DNA of 64,000 bases from Candidatus Nanopelagicales bacterium (GTDB taxonomy: Bacteria; Actinomycetota; Actinomycetes; S36-B12): NCBI GenBank assembly GCA_040398845.1, contig JBBATH010000002.1:75559-139558 (forward strand), given 5' to 3'. This document shows positions 55,418-64,000 of the stretch, piece by piece. A program made the translations under genes and the position numbers. The notes beneath the pieces are model-generated. The model was not told the origin of the DNA. It made no database searches and saw only the letters and a list, made by a program, of their open reading frames with translations. How positions within the stretch are numbered: position 1 is the first letter of the stretch; each line of letters begins with the position of its first letter.

Positions 55418-55929
55418 GTCGCTTCGTCCTCGGATGAAGCGGAACAGGGATTCGTGACCCACCAAGGACCGAGCGCCGCGACCACCTCGTCACCGAGCGG
55501 GTTCACCCCTGCACCCCGCGCGAGGGCATGTGCTGCAAGGACATGCAGGCACTTCACCCGGTTTGGCATCCCACCTGCGCTGATGCCCTCAATCTCCGAG
55601 ACGTCGCCAAGGCTGCCGCGATCGGCGAGATAGGCCTCGTGCGCGGCCCCGTACGAAGCGGCGAGATCTTCATCAGTGGCGAGCCTGGACTCCATGTCGC
55701 GCATGAGCCCACTCGCCTCAAGCGTGCCAATTGCCCCATTGAGCCTAGGGCAGGTGAGGTAGAAGGTCGTTGGGAACGGGGTTCCGTCGGGGAGTCGGGG
55801 AAGCGTCCGGACGACATCGGGGGCGCCGCAGGCGCACCGGTGGGAAACCGCCACCATCGCCCGCGGCGCACGTCCGAGTTGTCGCTCGACGCACGCGACG
55901 TCGGTCGGGGACAGCGCTGCGTCCGTCAC
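55414..55929 (-). CDS. DUF501 domain protein
   Basis: Conserved position between the ftsB-like gene and ppx (M. tuberculosis Rv1025-type). Cys-rich segments CACG...LTCPRL. Confidence 0.65.
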   Translation of the reverse strand: MTDAALSPTDVACVERQLGRAPRAMVAVSHRCACGAPDVVRTLPRLPDGTPFPTTFYLTCPRLNGAIGTLEASGLMRDMESRLATDEDLAASYGAAHEAYLADRGSLGDVSEIEGISAGGMPNRVKCLHVLAAHALARGAGVNPLGDEVVAALGPWWVTNPCSASSEDEAT

Positions 55930-56405
55930 TGGCCATCCTCTGCATTCGTCACGGCCTTGTCACCTACAGATGCGCCTTTCTTCTTCTTGCCTTGATCGAG
56001 GGTTCCATCGGCCTCCGCTATCGATTTCCAAAGCCGCTCGTACCACAACTGCGGGGCAATCTCCTGTACCTCGGCGACGGCGAGCTCCTCGGGGAGATCC
56101 ACCGTCCCGATGGTCGTGTAGCCGATCTCACCCGGCCGAACGAAGTGCAGCCGACGACGGGCCTGCGCAGCGATGAACGCCGGATCAGCCCAGCGCAGCT
56201 TCTCGATACGCAACTCCTCGACAAGCATTTGCCCGGACGCCACCTGGTCCTCAAGTTCAGCGATCTCTTCGCGCTGATCCAACCAAGCGCGTACTGGGAC
56301 CGCCAAGGTCGCCACCAAGACCGCCGCGACAACAGTGGCCATCGCTGCTCGACCGGTATGCGATCCCCCACGCCTCGGCGTGATCAGCAGCGGGGTCTCA
56401 CTCAC
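55926..56405 (-). CDS. septum formation initiator (FtsB/DivIC-like)
   Basis: A single TM helix, then the coiled coil REEIAELEDQVASGQMLVEELRIEKLRW. Position downstream of eno. Confidence 0.7.
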   Translation of the reverse strand: MSETPLLITPRRGGSHTGRAAMATVVAAVLVATLAVPVRAWLDQREEIAELEDQVASGQMLVEELRIEKLRWADPAFIAAQARRRLHFVRPGEIGYTTIGTVDLPEELAVAEVQEIAPQLWYERLWKSIAEADGTLDQGKKKKGASVGDKAVTNAEDGQ

Positions 56406-56428
56406 ACTGGCGATCGTCCCATGAACGG

Positions 56429-57724
<1,296 letters not shown>

Positions 57725-57937
57725 CTAGGGGTGAGCGTGGCCGGGGAGGCAACGGCTGAATCGATAGCGCTGGGATCTGTGCTGGTGGACTGGCGGAGCG
57801 CTACTGCCCCCCGAGAAGGAGCGCTCCACCAGCCGCTGAAGGCCGATGGACTCGACCCGCGTCGGCGAGCTGCAGCAAGGCATCCCGCGACAGGAACACA
57901 CTCCCAGCAGGGTCTGACAATCCCCCATCCCTCATCC

Positions 57938-58010
57938 CGCATCTGGCCCAGAATCTGGGTGTGATGAACGAGGCGGGCTCCAAAACGGGCAGATTCGTTC
58001 ATCCGGCCCA
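57938..58010. repeat. palindromic REP/MITE-like element, inverted partial copy
   Basis: CGCATCTGGCCCAGAATCTGGGTGTGATGAACG (57938-57970) is the reverse complement of 47761-47793 with 3 mismatches. An identical-length 25-nt spacer follows, then CGTTCATCCGGCCCAC. Confidence 0.7.
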
Positions 58011-58106
58011 CTCGCAGAGCTACAAATGCGTCGCCGAGGCGGTCTGAATACGGATGCCACCATCGTGCCTCGTATAAAGAAAGCCACCCTCATAGGGGAA
58101 GAGAAA

Positions 58107-58535
58107 CTATTGCCAGGCTCCAAGGATTCCGCCCATGACGACAAGCGCCGCGATATCGCCACCGACTTCGATTGCCCACACGACGAAACCCTGACCACCC
58201 ATGAGCCGGTGGCCCAGCGACGTGGTGGCCGAGAACCCGACTCCGACGATAAGTCCCATCACGGCACCGAGCATGAGGCCAACCTCGGTGCCGCTGTCGC
58301 GAAGCACGCCGATGATGAGGGCAAGGACGACTGCCTGAACGAACGCGGCAACACCGATGAGACCGAATGTCACGGCCATCGAACCGGAGCCCCCCGGCTT
58401 GTCCTCCGGCGAACGGCCGATTGCCTTCCACCAGATCGGGTAGAACGTCCTTGGCCCGAACCATATTGAGCCCACGACGAATGCTGCGATCGTGCTCACC
58501 ACAACGGCGAGCCAGTTGACAGTAGTGAAATCCAT
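58107..58535 (-). CDS. DUF1761 membrane protein
   Basis: MDFTTVNWLAVVVSTIAAFVVGSIWFGPRTF is the typical DUF1761 N-terminus. 4 TM helices. Confidence 0.65.
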   Translation of the reverse strand: MDFTTVNWLAVVVSTIAAFVVGSIWFGPRTFYPIWWKAIGRSPEDKPGGSGSMAVTFGLIGVAAFVQAVVLALIIGVLRDSGTEVGLMLGAVMGLIVGVGFSATTSLGHRLMGGQGFVVWAIEVGGDIAALVVMGGILGAWQ

Positions 58536-58573
58536 GGCGCGCACAGTAGCAGCCGGGCCCTGGAATGGGCCGA

Positions 58574-59275
58574 CTATTTAGCCTGCGGGGAACTCCGGCC
58601 GAACAGTTGCGCCGGCCTTCCCCGTCGTCCCTCAGCGGCAGCCGGCAGCGACTCAAGTTCGTCGATCATGACCCGGCGAAAGGTGTCCTTTTGGAGCTCG
58701 CGGCCAGCCACCGCCTCGTGCACGACGCGCAGGTCGGCGATGGTGAAGGAATCCGGCAGCAGCCTGCGTGGGTCCGGGAGCGCTCGATACTCCTGTCGTA
58801 GTCGCTCGGTCGCGAGATCGATGATTGCGAGGTGGTCGTATGGCAAGCGCAGTCGCGACGGGAGTACCCCGATGCGCGTGTGAGCCGGTTTTCGCAGCCG
58901 TTCCAGGTCAGCGAACGCGAGCACATCGAGGTGGGCGACCGAAAGCACCCAGCCGCGATCATCTCGCGCCGGGTCGTCGAAGACATGGAGTTGCTGCGGC
59001 TCCCGACCCGTCACCCCTGCCTTTACTTCAAGGGATCGGCGCACGGCTTCGGCGAGGGTCTCCCCCTCATGGAGGAAGGTGCCCGGCAGCGCCCAATCCG
59101 CGAGCGCGCCAACCGATTGTGGGGGTCGCCGAACGAGCAAGATGCCCAGTCGCGCAGCGTTGCCAACGGCAGGGGGGATCACGGTCATGAGGGCCGTATC
59201 TACCGCAACTGACGGCCGCGGATAGTGAGCCAACGCTCGACCGTCGCCGTCACGAAAAGCCTCGTCCCGAACCAC
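58574..59275 (-). CDS. NrtR-like regulator (degenerate Nudix domain plus C-terminal winged helix)
   Basis: Nudix box GTFLHEGETLAEAVRRSLEVKAGV lacks the REx2EE glutamates. The C-terminal FTIADLRVVHEAVAGRELQKDTFRRVMIDEL matches the NrtR wHTH (FTL..LQ.vyE.ilg..ldkrNFRRK). Confidence 0.75.
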   Translation of the reverse strand: MVRDEAFRDGDGRALAHYPRPSVAVDTALMTVIPPAVGNAARLGILLVRRPPQSVGALADWALPGTFLHEGETLAEAVRRSLEVKAGVTGREPQQLHVFDDPARDDRGWVLSVAHLDVLAFADLERLRKPAHTRIGVLPSRLRLPYDHLAIIDLATERLRQEYRALPDPRRLLPDSFTIADLRVVHEAVAGRELQKDTFRRVMIDELESLPAAAEGRRGRPAQLFGRSSPQAK

Positions 59276-59295
59276 CAGTCCATTGTGTCGGACAG

Positions 59296-59351
59296 TTGCG
59301 CTACTGTCTTCCTTATTAGCGCAATTTTAATCTAATTAGTCAGGTTGCGCT
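59296..59351. promoter_or_regulatory. candidate operator repeats in the AT-rich divergent spacer
   Basis: TTGCGCT (59296-59302) and AGCGCAA (59318-59324) form an inverted repeat. CTAATTAG (59332-59339) is a palindrome. A third TTGCGCT lies at 59345-59351. Confidence 0.35.
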
Positions 59352-59379
59352 TTCCGGGTCCGAGGAGAGCAAGGAGCAC

Positions 59380-60276
59380 ATGATGACGAGGACGAGACAG
59401 ATCCCCCAACTGCATGTCGGACGCGGCACACAGGCCGGACCGCTCACCGTGTTTCCCGTCTGGTCGAGTGAACCGGAGCTGACCAGCCTGTCAATGGGCG
59501 TCAGCGCCCAGATCGAGGCAGGTGAACGCGAAGGCAGCCCCGTGGTCGGCGAGCTCATCGTCAAGAACACCGGATCCACCACCGCGCTGCTCGTCGAGGG
59601 TGAACTGCTCGAAGGCGGCTGGCAGCACCGGGCACTGCAGCACGACCTCATCCTCAAACCGGGCAGCACCATGGTTGCCCCAGTCGTCTGCGTTGAGGCA
59701 GGCAGGTGGAGCGGTGACGGCAGGGTCCTTACCCGCAATGCGCGACGCGCATCAGGCAACGTCCGCGCAGCCATGCGCTTACACGACGACCACGTCCGTC
59801 AAGGTCGCGTGTGGAGCGAGGTGTCGGCCTACGATCATTCGATGGGGGCTTCGCGGACCTCGTCCTACGTCGATCATCTCGACCGACTCCACTCATCGAA
59901 TGACCGTCCAAAGACCCCGGTCCTTGATGGCCAGCGCGGGGTCATCGTCGGCCTTGCCGGCCAGCCGGTGCTCCTCGAGGTTTTCCCCTCGCAAGCATGC
60001 CTCGCCGCAGGACTCCCAGACCTCCTCGCCGCACTCATGTTCGATGCACTCGCAAGCGGCGGCCCGTCCGAGTTGACCCCAGGTCGGCGGGCAAGACGCC
60101 TCGTCGAGCGTCTCGACGGCCGGCACGCGCACCGCTCACCCGCGGTCGATGCCGGATCCGGCGAAGCCTTCGTCCTCGACACTCAATACGCAGCCCTCCG
60201 AGGAGTTGCCCTTGATGATTCTTGGGCCCACCTCACTGCGTTCAATCGCCGCCACCGACTCGTGGAGGTCTCATGA
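59380..60276 (+). CDS. ARPP-like protein (ARG and Rhodanese-Phosphatase-superfamily Associated Protein family, from memory)
   Basis: 298 aa with RBS aaggag. The N-terminal LHVGRGTQAGPLTVFPVW motif is what I recall from proteins encoded next to ARG genes. The stop overlaps the next ATG (ATGA). The family call is unverified. Confidence 0.55.
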   Translation: MMTRTRQIPQLHVGRGTQAGPLTVFPVWSSEPELTSLSMGVSAQIEAGEREGSPVVGELIVKNTGSTTALLVEGELLEGGWQHRALQHDLILKPGSTMVAPVVCVEAGRWSGDGRVLTRNARRASGNVRAAMRLHDDHVRQGRVWSEVSAYDHSMGASRTSSYVDHLDRLHSSNDRPKTPVLDGQRGVIVGLAGQPVLLEVFPSQACLAAGLPDLLAALMFDALASGGPSELTPGRRARRLVERLDGRHAHRSPAVDAGSGEAFVLDTQYAALRGVALDDSWAHLTAFNRRHRLVEVS

Positions 60277-61787
60277 CCATCGCCAAGCCCAGCGCACCAT
60301 CGCTCTCCACGGTTCAAGCCGACCGCGCCGCCGGCGTACTCCTCGGCCTCGCATGCGGTGACGCACTCGGGGCCGGCTACGAGTTCCAGCCGGCGCGAAT
60401 CCATGGCGAGCCTGTCGACATGGTCGGCGGCGGCGGATTCGGCTGGGCACCCGGAGAATGGACTGACGATACGTCGATGGCGGTCGCGATCGCGGAAACG
60501 TCATCCACGGGCGTCGACCTCAGATCATCCACGGCCCTCGACGCCATCACGGTGCGCTTCGTCAACTGGGCCAAGGATGCACCAGATGTCGGCATCCAGA
60601 CAGGGTCCGTCCTCCGCTCGATCGCAGCCGATCCAACGAGCGCTGCCGCCGCAACCAGCGCCCGCGAGCACTTCGCCAGGACAGGCCGCACTGGCAACGG
60701 ATCCCTTATGAGAACAGCGCCTGTCGCCCTTGCGTACCTGCATGACCCCGAGGCACGGGGGCAGGCTGCCCGCTCCATCAGCGGGCTCACCCACGGTGAT
60801 GATGATGCTGGCGACGCGTGCGCCCTGTGGTGCGATGCCATCGCCCATGCAGTGATTCACGGCAATCTCGAGGGCCTAAGGCTCGCACTCGCGGCCCTAC
60901 CGGCAGACCGGGCTCGAGTCTGGTCCGAACGACTGGACCACGCCGAGTCGGTTGCACCGCACGAGATCCCACACAACGGCTGGGTTGTCGCGGCACTCCA
61001 GGCTGCCTGGTCGGCCATCACCAGGACACCGGTCCCCACCGATGATCCGGCCAACGGCCGCTTCCCCGCCCAGCACCTCACCCTGGCCCTCGATACCGCC
61101 GTACGCGCCGGCGACGATACCGACACCGTTGCCGCCATCGCCGGCGGACTCCTCGGGGCACGGTGGGGAGCATCAGCGATTCCCACGCAATGGCAACGGA
61201 TTCTGCACGGCTGGCCGGGAGTTCGAGCCCGTGACCTCATCCGCCTCGGGCTGCTCACCGCCCGCGCTGGCACGCCCGACGCTTCCGGCTGGCCCCTCGA
61301 AGCAATTCACGATTACTCGGGCTACCCCGGGGCCGATGCCCTCGCGACTCACCCACACGACTCCGGCGTCCTGCTCTCCGGCGTCCGGCATCTCAGGCAT
61401 CTGCCGGAGGGGGTCGATGCCGTCGTATCCCTCTGCCGGCTCGGAGCGGACGAGGTACCACCGTCCGGGGTAACGGCCGGTGATCACCTCGAGGTCTGGC
61501 TCGTCGACAGCGACGACCCTGCCGTCAACCCGAACCTCTGCTGCGTTCTCACTCAGGCAGCCGATGCAGTCGCCGCGCTGCGCGCCGAGGGTCGAACGGT
61601 GCTTCTGCACTGCGTTCAGGCGCAGAGCCGGACACCTGCTGTCGCCGCCCGGTACTCCGCCCGGCACCGCGGAATCGCGATCAGTCAGGCGTTCGCAGAC
61701 GTGCAGTCGGCACTCCCCCACGCCCATCCGAACGCCACTTTCCGAGCCGCCCTCGAAAGCCTGTCACCCGGACTTCCCGCCGGCTAG
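60273..61787 (+). CDS. ADP-ribosylglycohydrolase fused to a CX5R (dual-specificity/PTP-like) phosphatase domain
   Basis: ARG motifs GLACGDALGAGYEF, GEWTDDTSMAVAIAE and GDDTDTVAAIAGGLLGARWGASAIP. The C-terminal P-loop is VLLHCVQAQSRTPAV (Cys-X5-Arg). 504 aa from the ATG at 60273. Confidence 0.8.
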   Translation: MTIAKPSAPSLSTVQADRAAGVLLGLACGDALGAGYEFQPARIHGEPVDMVGGGGFGWAPGEWTDDTSMAVAIAETSSTGVDLRSSTALDAITVRFVNWAKDAPDVGIQTGSVLRSIAADPTSAAAATSAREHFARTGRTGNGSLMRTAPVALAYLHDPEARGQAARSISGLTHGDDDAGDACALWCDAIAHAVIHGNLEGLRLALAALPADRARVWSERLDHAESVAPHEIPHNGWVVAALQAAWSAITRTPVPTDDPANGRFPAQHLTLALDTAVRAGDDTDTVAAIAGGLLGARWGASAIPTQWQRILHGWPGVRARDLIRLGLLTARAGTPDASGWPLEAIHDYSGYPGADALATHPHDSGVLLSGVRHLRHLPEGVDAVVSLCRLGADEVPPSGVTAGDHLEVWLVDSDDPAVNPNLCCVLTQAADAVAALRAEGRTVLLHCVQAQSRTPAVAARYSARHRGIAISQAFADVQSALPHAHPNATFRAALESLSPGLPAG

Positions 61788-64000
61788 CCCGCCAGCAATT
61801 GCGAGGCCAGGGTGAAGTCGGCCGGCAACGGTTCGTCCAGTCGCCATACGAACGACACTGGACGCTCACCCTGGTGCGACACGTACTGCGCTGAGCCCAG
61901 GAAAAGATAGGGCCTGGTGCCAAACTCCCAGTCCGGGCTCTCCCGCGCAAACAGGAGTATGCGGTGCCCCTCCGCAGCATGCCGGATGTATCGCTGGATT
62001 TTCGCCGACCTCTCGCGGTCGGCATGCTGCGACTGCCAATGGATGAGGCGGTCCGAAATGGCATAGTCGCGGTACATGGTGTGAGGTGAATACCGGCCCT
62101 CAACCTTCTGCCAGGTCATGTTGAACACGTCAGCATCAAACGCTCTGGCATGCACGACCCCCTCACGATTGTCGTACGGCGACTTGACCATGCTTCCCTC
62201 ACCCACCGCGGTGAGCATCTCCGCGCGGCTGTAACGGGCGTGGATGCTCAGGGGTAGGTCTGGAACCCTCGGACCGATCGGTGTCGTGACATGGGAAAAG
62301 CGGTCAGCCACCACCTCCCACGCCTGGAGGAGTTCCTCCCGGAAGGCCCCGCAGACATGGGCCGCCAACAGACCATCAACAACGGATCCGTGCCCAATCT
62401 TCGGCCAGATTGCGTGGTAAAGCATGAGTGCGAGGCGCTGCTCCGTGGCACTGAGATCGGGAATCGACCGCACGTAGTCGGCCTCGCCGATGAACCGGCG
62501 GTACGCATCGAGCCGTGGCTGATCGTCGATATGGAGCATCGATGCAACCCGCTTCAGCAACCTCGACTCGCCGTCGGTCGACGGCGCCGTCGTGATCCCA
62601 GCCATGCGGACGAGATCGGTCCAGTTGCGTCCGGTCGATCCGTAGATGTCTGCGAGGTCTAAGCCCGACTCTGCCAGATAGTTTGTGAGCCGATACTCGA
62701 TCGCACTACTCCGACCAGCATGCTCGCGAATATCCGCTGCGATGGCGGCCTTCGAGGATGGGAGTGCGGACTTGATGTTCTCGAGGACAAGCCGCGAAGC
62801 AACCTCATCCATCCGGATAAACGCGCCCGACGGCAGATAGGGGAAGCCCTGGGCAATCGCCTGTTCGAGTCGACGGCGGCCGATACCGGTGAGCGCACGA
62901 AACCGGATGTCGTAGCGAAACTCCTTGCGCTGCATCCCAACGAGGTCGAGCACCGTGAGGAACGACTTGGCGGAGGTCTTACGCAAGCCTCGCCCAAGCT
63001 GCTGCAGAAAAACGGTGCCCGACTCGGTCGGGCGGAGCATGACGACCGTATCGACCTCGGGGATGTCGACGCCTTCGTTGAAGATATCGACCGAGACGAT
63101 GGCCGAGATGGCCCCCGCCCGCAGGTCTCGGATCGCTTGGGCACGAACCGGCTTCGGCGTTTGCGCGTCAAGGGCAATCGACGCAATGCCCGCCTCGTTG
63201 AGCCGCAGGGCGACGAAGCGCGCGTGACGCACCCCGCCCGCGAAGACGAGCGCCTTCATCGTCAGGGGGTCCGTCACCACGTGGGCGATCTCGCGCAAGA
63301 CCCAATTCATGATGACGTCATTGCCGGTGAGGACCTCATCGAGATCATCAGCGTTGTAACGTCCAGCGTTCCAACGGGCCCGGCTAAAGTCGAGTTCTTC
63401 GCTCCCGACTGCGAAATAGTGGAAGGGCACAAGGAGGTTGCGCTCTAGTGCGTCCCAGAGCCTCAGCTCCGAGGCAATGCGGCCGTCGAACCATTGCGTG
63501 ACGTCGATGCCGTCGGGCCGCTCAGGGGTCGCGGTGAGACCGAGCATGATCTTGGGCCGCAGGTAGTCGAGGAGTCGTTGGTACGAAACGGCTCCGGCAT
63601 GATGGAATTCGTCGACGATGACGATGTCGTAGTAGTCAGCAGCCACCCCGACCAGACGACTCGATGCCGAGAGGGACTGGATCGACGCGAACACCTGATC
63701 GCCCGCAACCGGTTCATGCCCGTCGACGAGCAGCTCGCCGAACGAGGCATCCTTGAGTACCTGCCGGAAGACCCCAAGCGATTGGGTGAGGATTTCCTTG
63801 CGGTGCGCGACGAACAACAACCGCGGGTAACGACCCGGAGTGCTCGCCCACCTGCGTTCCTCCGCCAATCGCCGATAGTCGAATGCAGCAACGAGGGTCT
63901 TGCCCGTGCCAGTTGCAGCGACGACGAGATTGCGGTGTCGTTGGTAGACCTCGCGTTCGCGCCGCAGATCGTCGAGCATCTCCTGCTGAAACGGATACGG
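61784..64000 (-). CDS. DExH-box helicase with C-terminal DUF3427-like domain; N-terminus beyond window end
   Basis: Motif I AATGTGKT, II DEFHH, III TATPER, VI QQLGRGLR. The C-terminal HARYSRAEML...YRDYAISDRLIHWQSQ...ILLFARE...YLFLGSAQYVSHQGERPVSFVWRL fits my memory of DUF3427. The frame stays open to 64000 (PYPFQQEMLDDL). Confidence 0.8.
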   Translation of the reverse strand, partial: PYPFQQEMLDDLRREREVYQRHRNLVVAATGTGKTLVAAFDYRRLAEERRWASTPGRYPRLLFVAHRKEILTQSLGVFRQVLKDASFGELLVDGHEPVAGDQVFASIQSLSASSRLVGVAADYYDIVIVDEFHHAGAVSYQRLLDYLRPKIMLGLTATPERPDGIDVTQWFDGRIASELRLWDALERNLLVPFHYFAVGSEELDFSRARWNAGRYNADDLDEVLTGNDVIMNWVLREIAHVVTDPLTMKALVFAGGVRHARFVALRLNEAGIASIALDAQTPKPVRAQAIRDLRAGAISAIVSVDIFNEGVDIPEVDTVVMLRPTESGTVFLQQLGRGLRKTSAKSFLTVLDLVGMQRKEFRYDIRFRALTGIGRRRLEQAIAQGFPYLPSGAFIRMDEVASRLVLENIKSALPSSKAAIAADIREHAGRSSAIEYRLTNYLAESGLDLADIYGSTGRNWTDLVRMAGITTAPSTDGESRLLKRVASMLHIDDQPRLDAYRRFIGEADYVRSIPDLSATEQRLALMLYHAIWPKIGHGSVVDGLLAAHVCGAFREELLQAWEVVADRFSHVTTPIGPRVPDLPLSIHARYSRAEMLTAVGEGSMVKSPYDNREGVVHARAFDADVFNMTWQKVEGRYSPHTMYRDYAISDRLIHWQSQHADRERSAKIQRYIRHAAEGHRILLFARESPDWEFGTRPYLFLGSAQYVSHQGERPVSFVWRLDEPLPADFTLASQLLAG

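Noticed and set aside
57781-57833. Overlapping inverted repeats (GCTGGTGGA...TCCACCAGC and TGGCGGAGCGCT...AGCGCTCCACCA) in the 385-nt spacer upstream of eno; considered as a riboswitch or small RNA
   Set aside because: There is no similarity to any RNA family I can recognise, no adjacent promoter or terminator signals, and the pairings are alternative and short. This is worth an Rfam scan but not a call.

Overview
High-GC, Actinomycetota-type chromosomal segment with most genes on the minus strand. The backbone is housekeeping and, from my memory of Mycobacterium tuberculosis gene order, follows the classic actinobacterial neighbourhoods. These are amidase-GNAT-lysS; coaX-nadC-nadB-panC-DUF2520; DUF3180-folK-folB-folP-folE-ftsH; hpt-tilS-DUF2342 protease-PMI-dacB-ppa; pstC-pstA-pstB-pstS; an ABC exporter; ilvA; MFS plus sulfatase; a Cys/Met PLP enzyme-msrA-CBS; one tRNA; and ppx-DUF501-ftsB-like-eno. 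Two accessory patches stand out. (1) An island of about 9.4 kb (4044..13467) sits between the normally adjacent lysS and coaX blocks. It holds two copies (one truncated) of a decayed IS5/IS427-type element, an ISAzo13-type transposase fragment, an IS-bracketed four-gene cassette (HTH-ImmA/IrrE peptidase, DUF4417-like protein, and two overlapping unknown ORFs resembling a toxin/immunity pair), a P-loop protein, an HTH antitoxin with a decayed PIN toxin, a nonsense-mutated secreted protein and a Fic enzyme. (2) At the right end (58574..64000) a degenerate-Nudix NrtR-like regulator is divergent from a translationally coupled pair. The pair is an ARPP-like protein plus an ADP-ribosylglycohydrolase fused to a CX5R phosphatase, convergent with a DExH helicase carrying a DUF3427-like tail. 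This is my best candidate for an uncharacterised ADP-ribose/NAD-derived nucleotide system. Other notable items: a MidA/NDUFAF7-like methyltransferase next to an orphan NuoD/NDUFS2-like protein; a tRNA with a UAA (Leu) anticodon but class I geometry; a palindromic REP/MITE-like intergenic repeat family at three loci; and PHO-box-like 11-nt direct repeats upstream of pstC. No rRNA or CRISPR array was seen. All domain calls are by-eye motif recognition and none were confirmed by a search.
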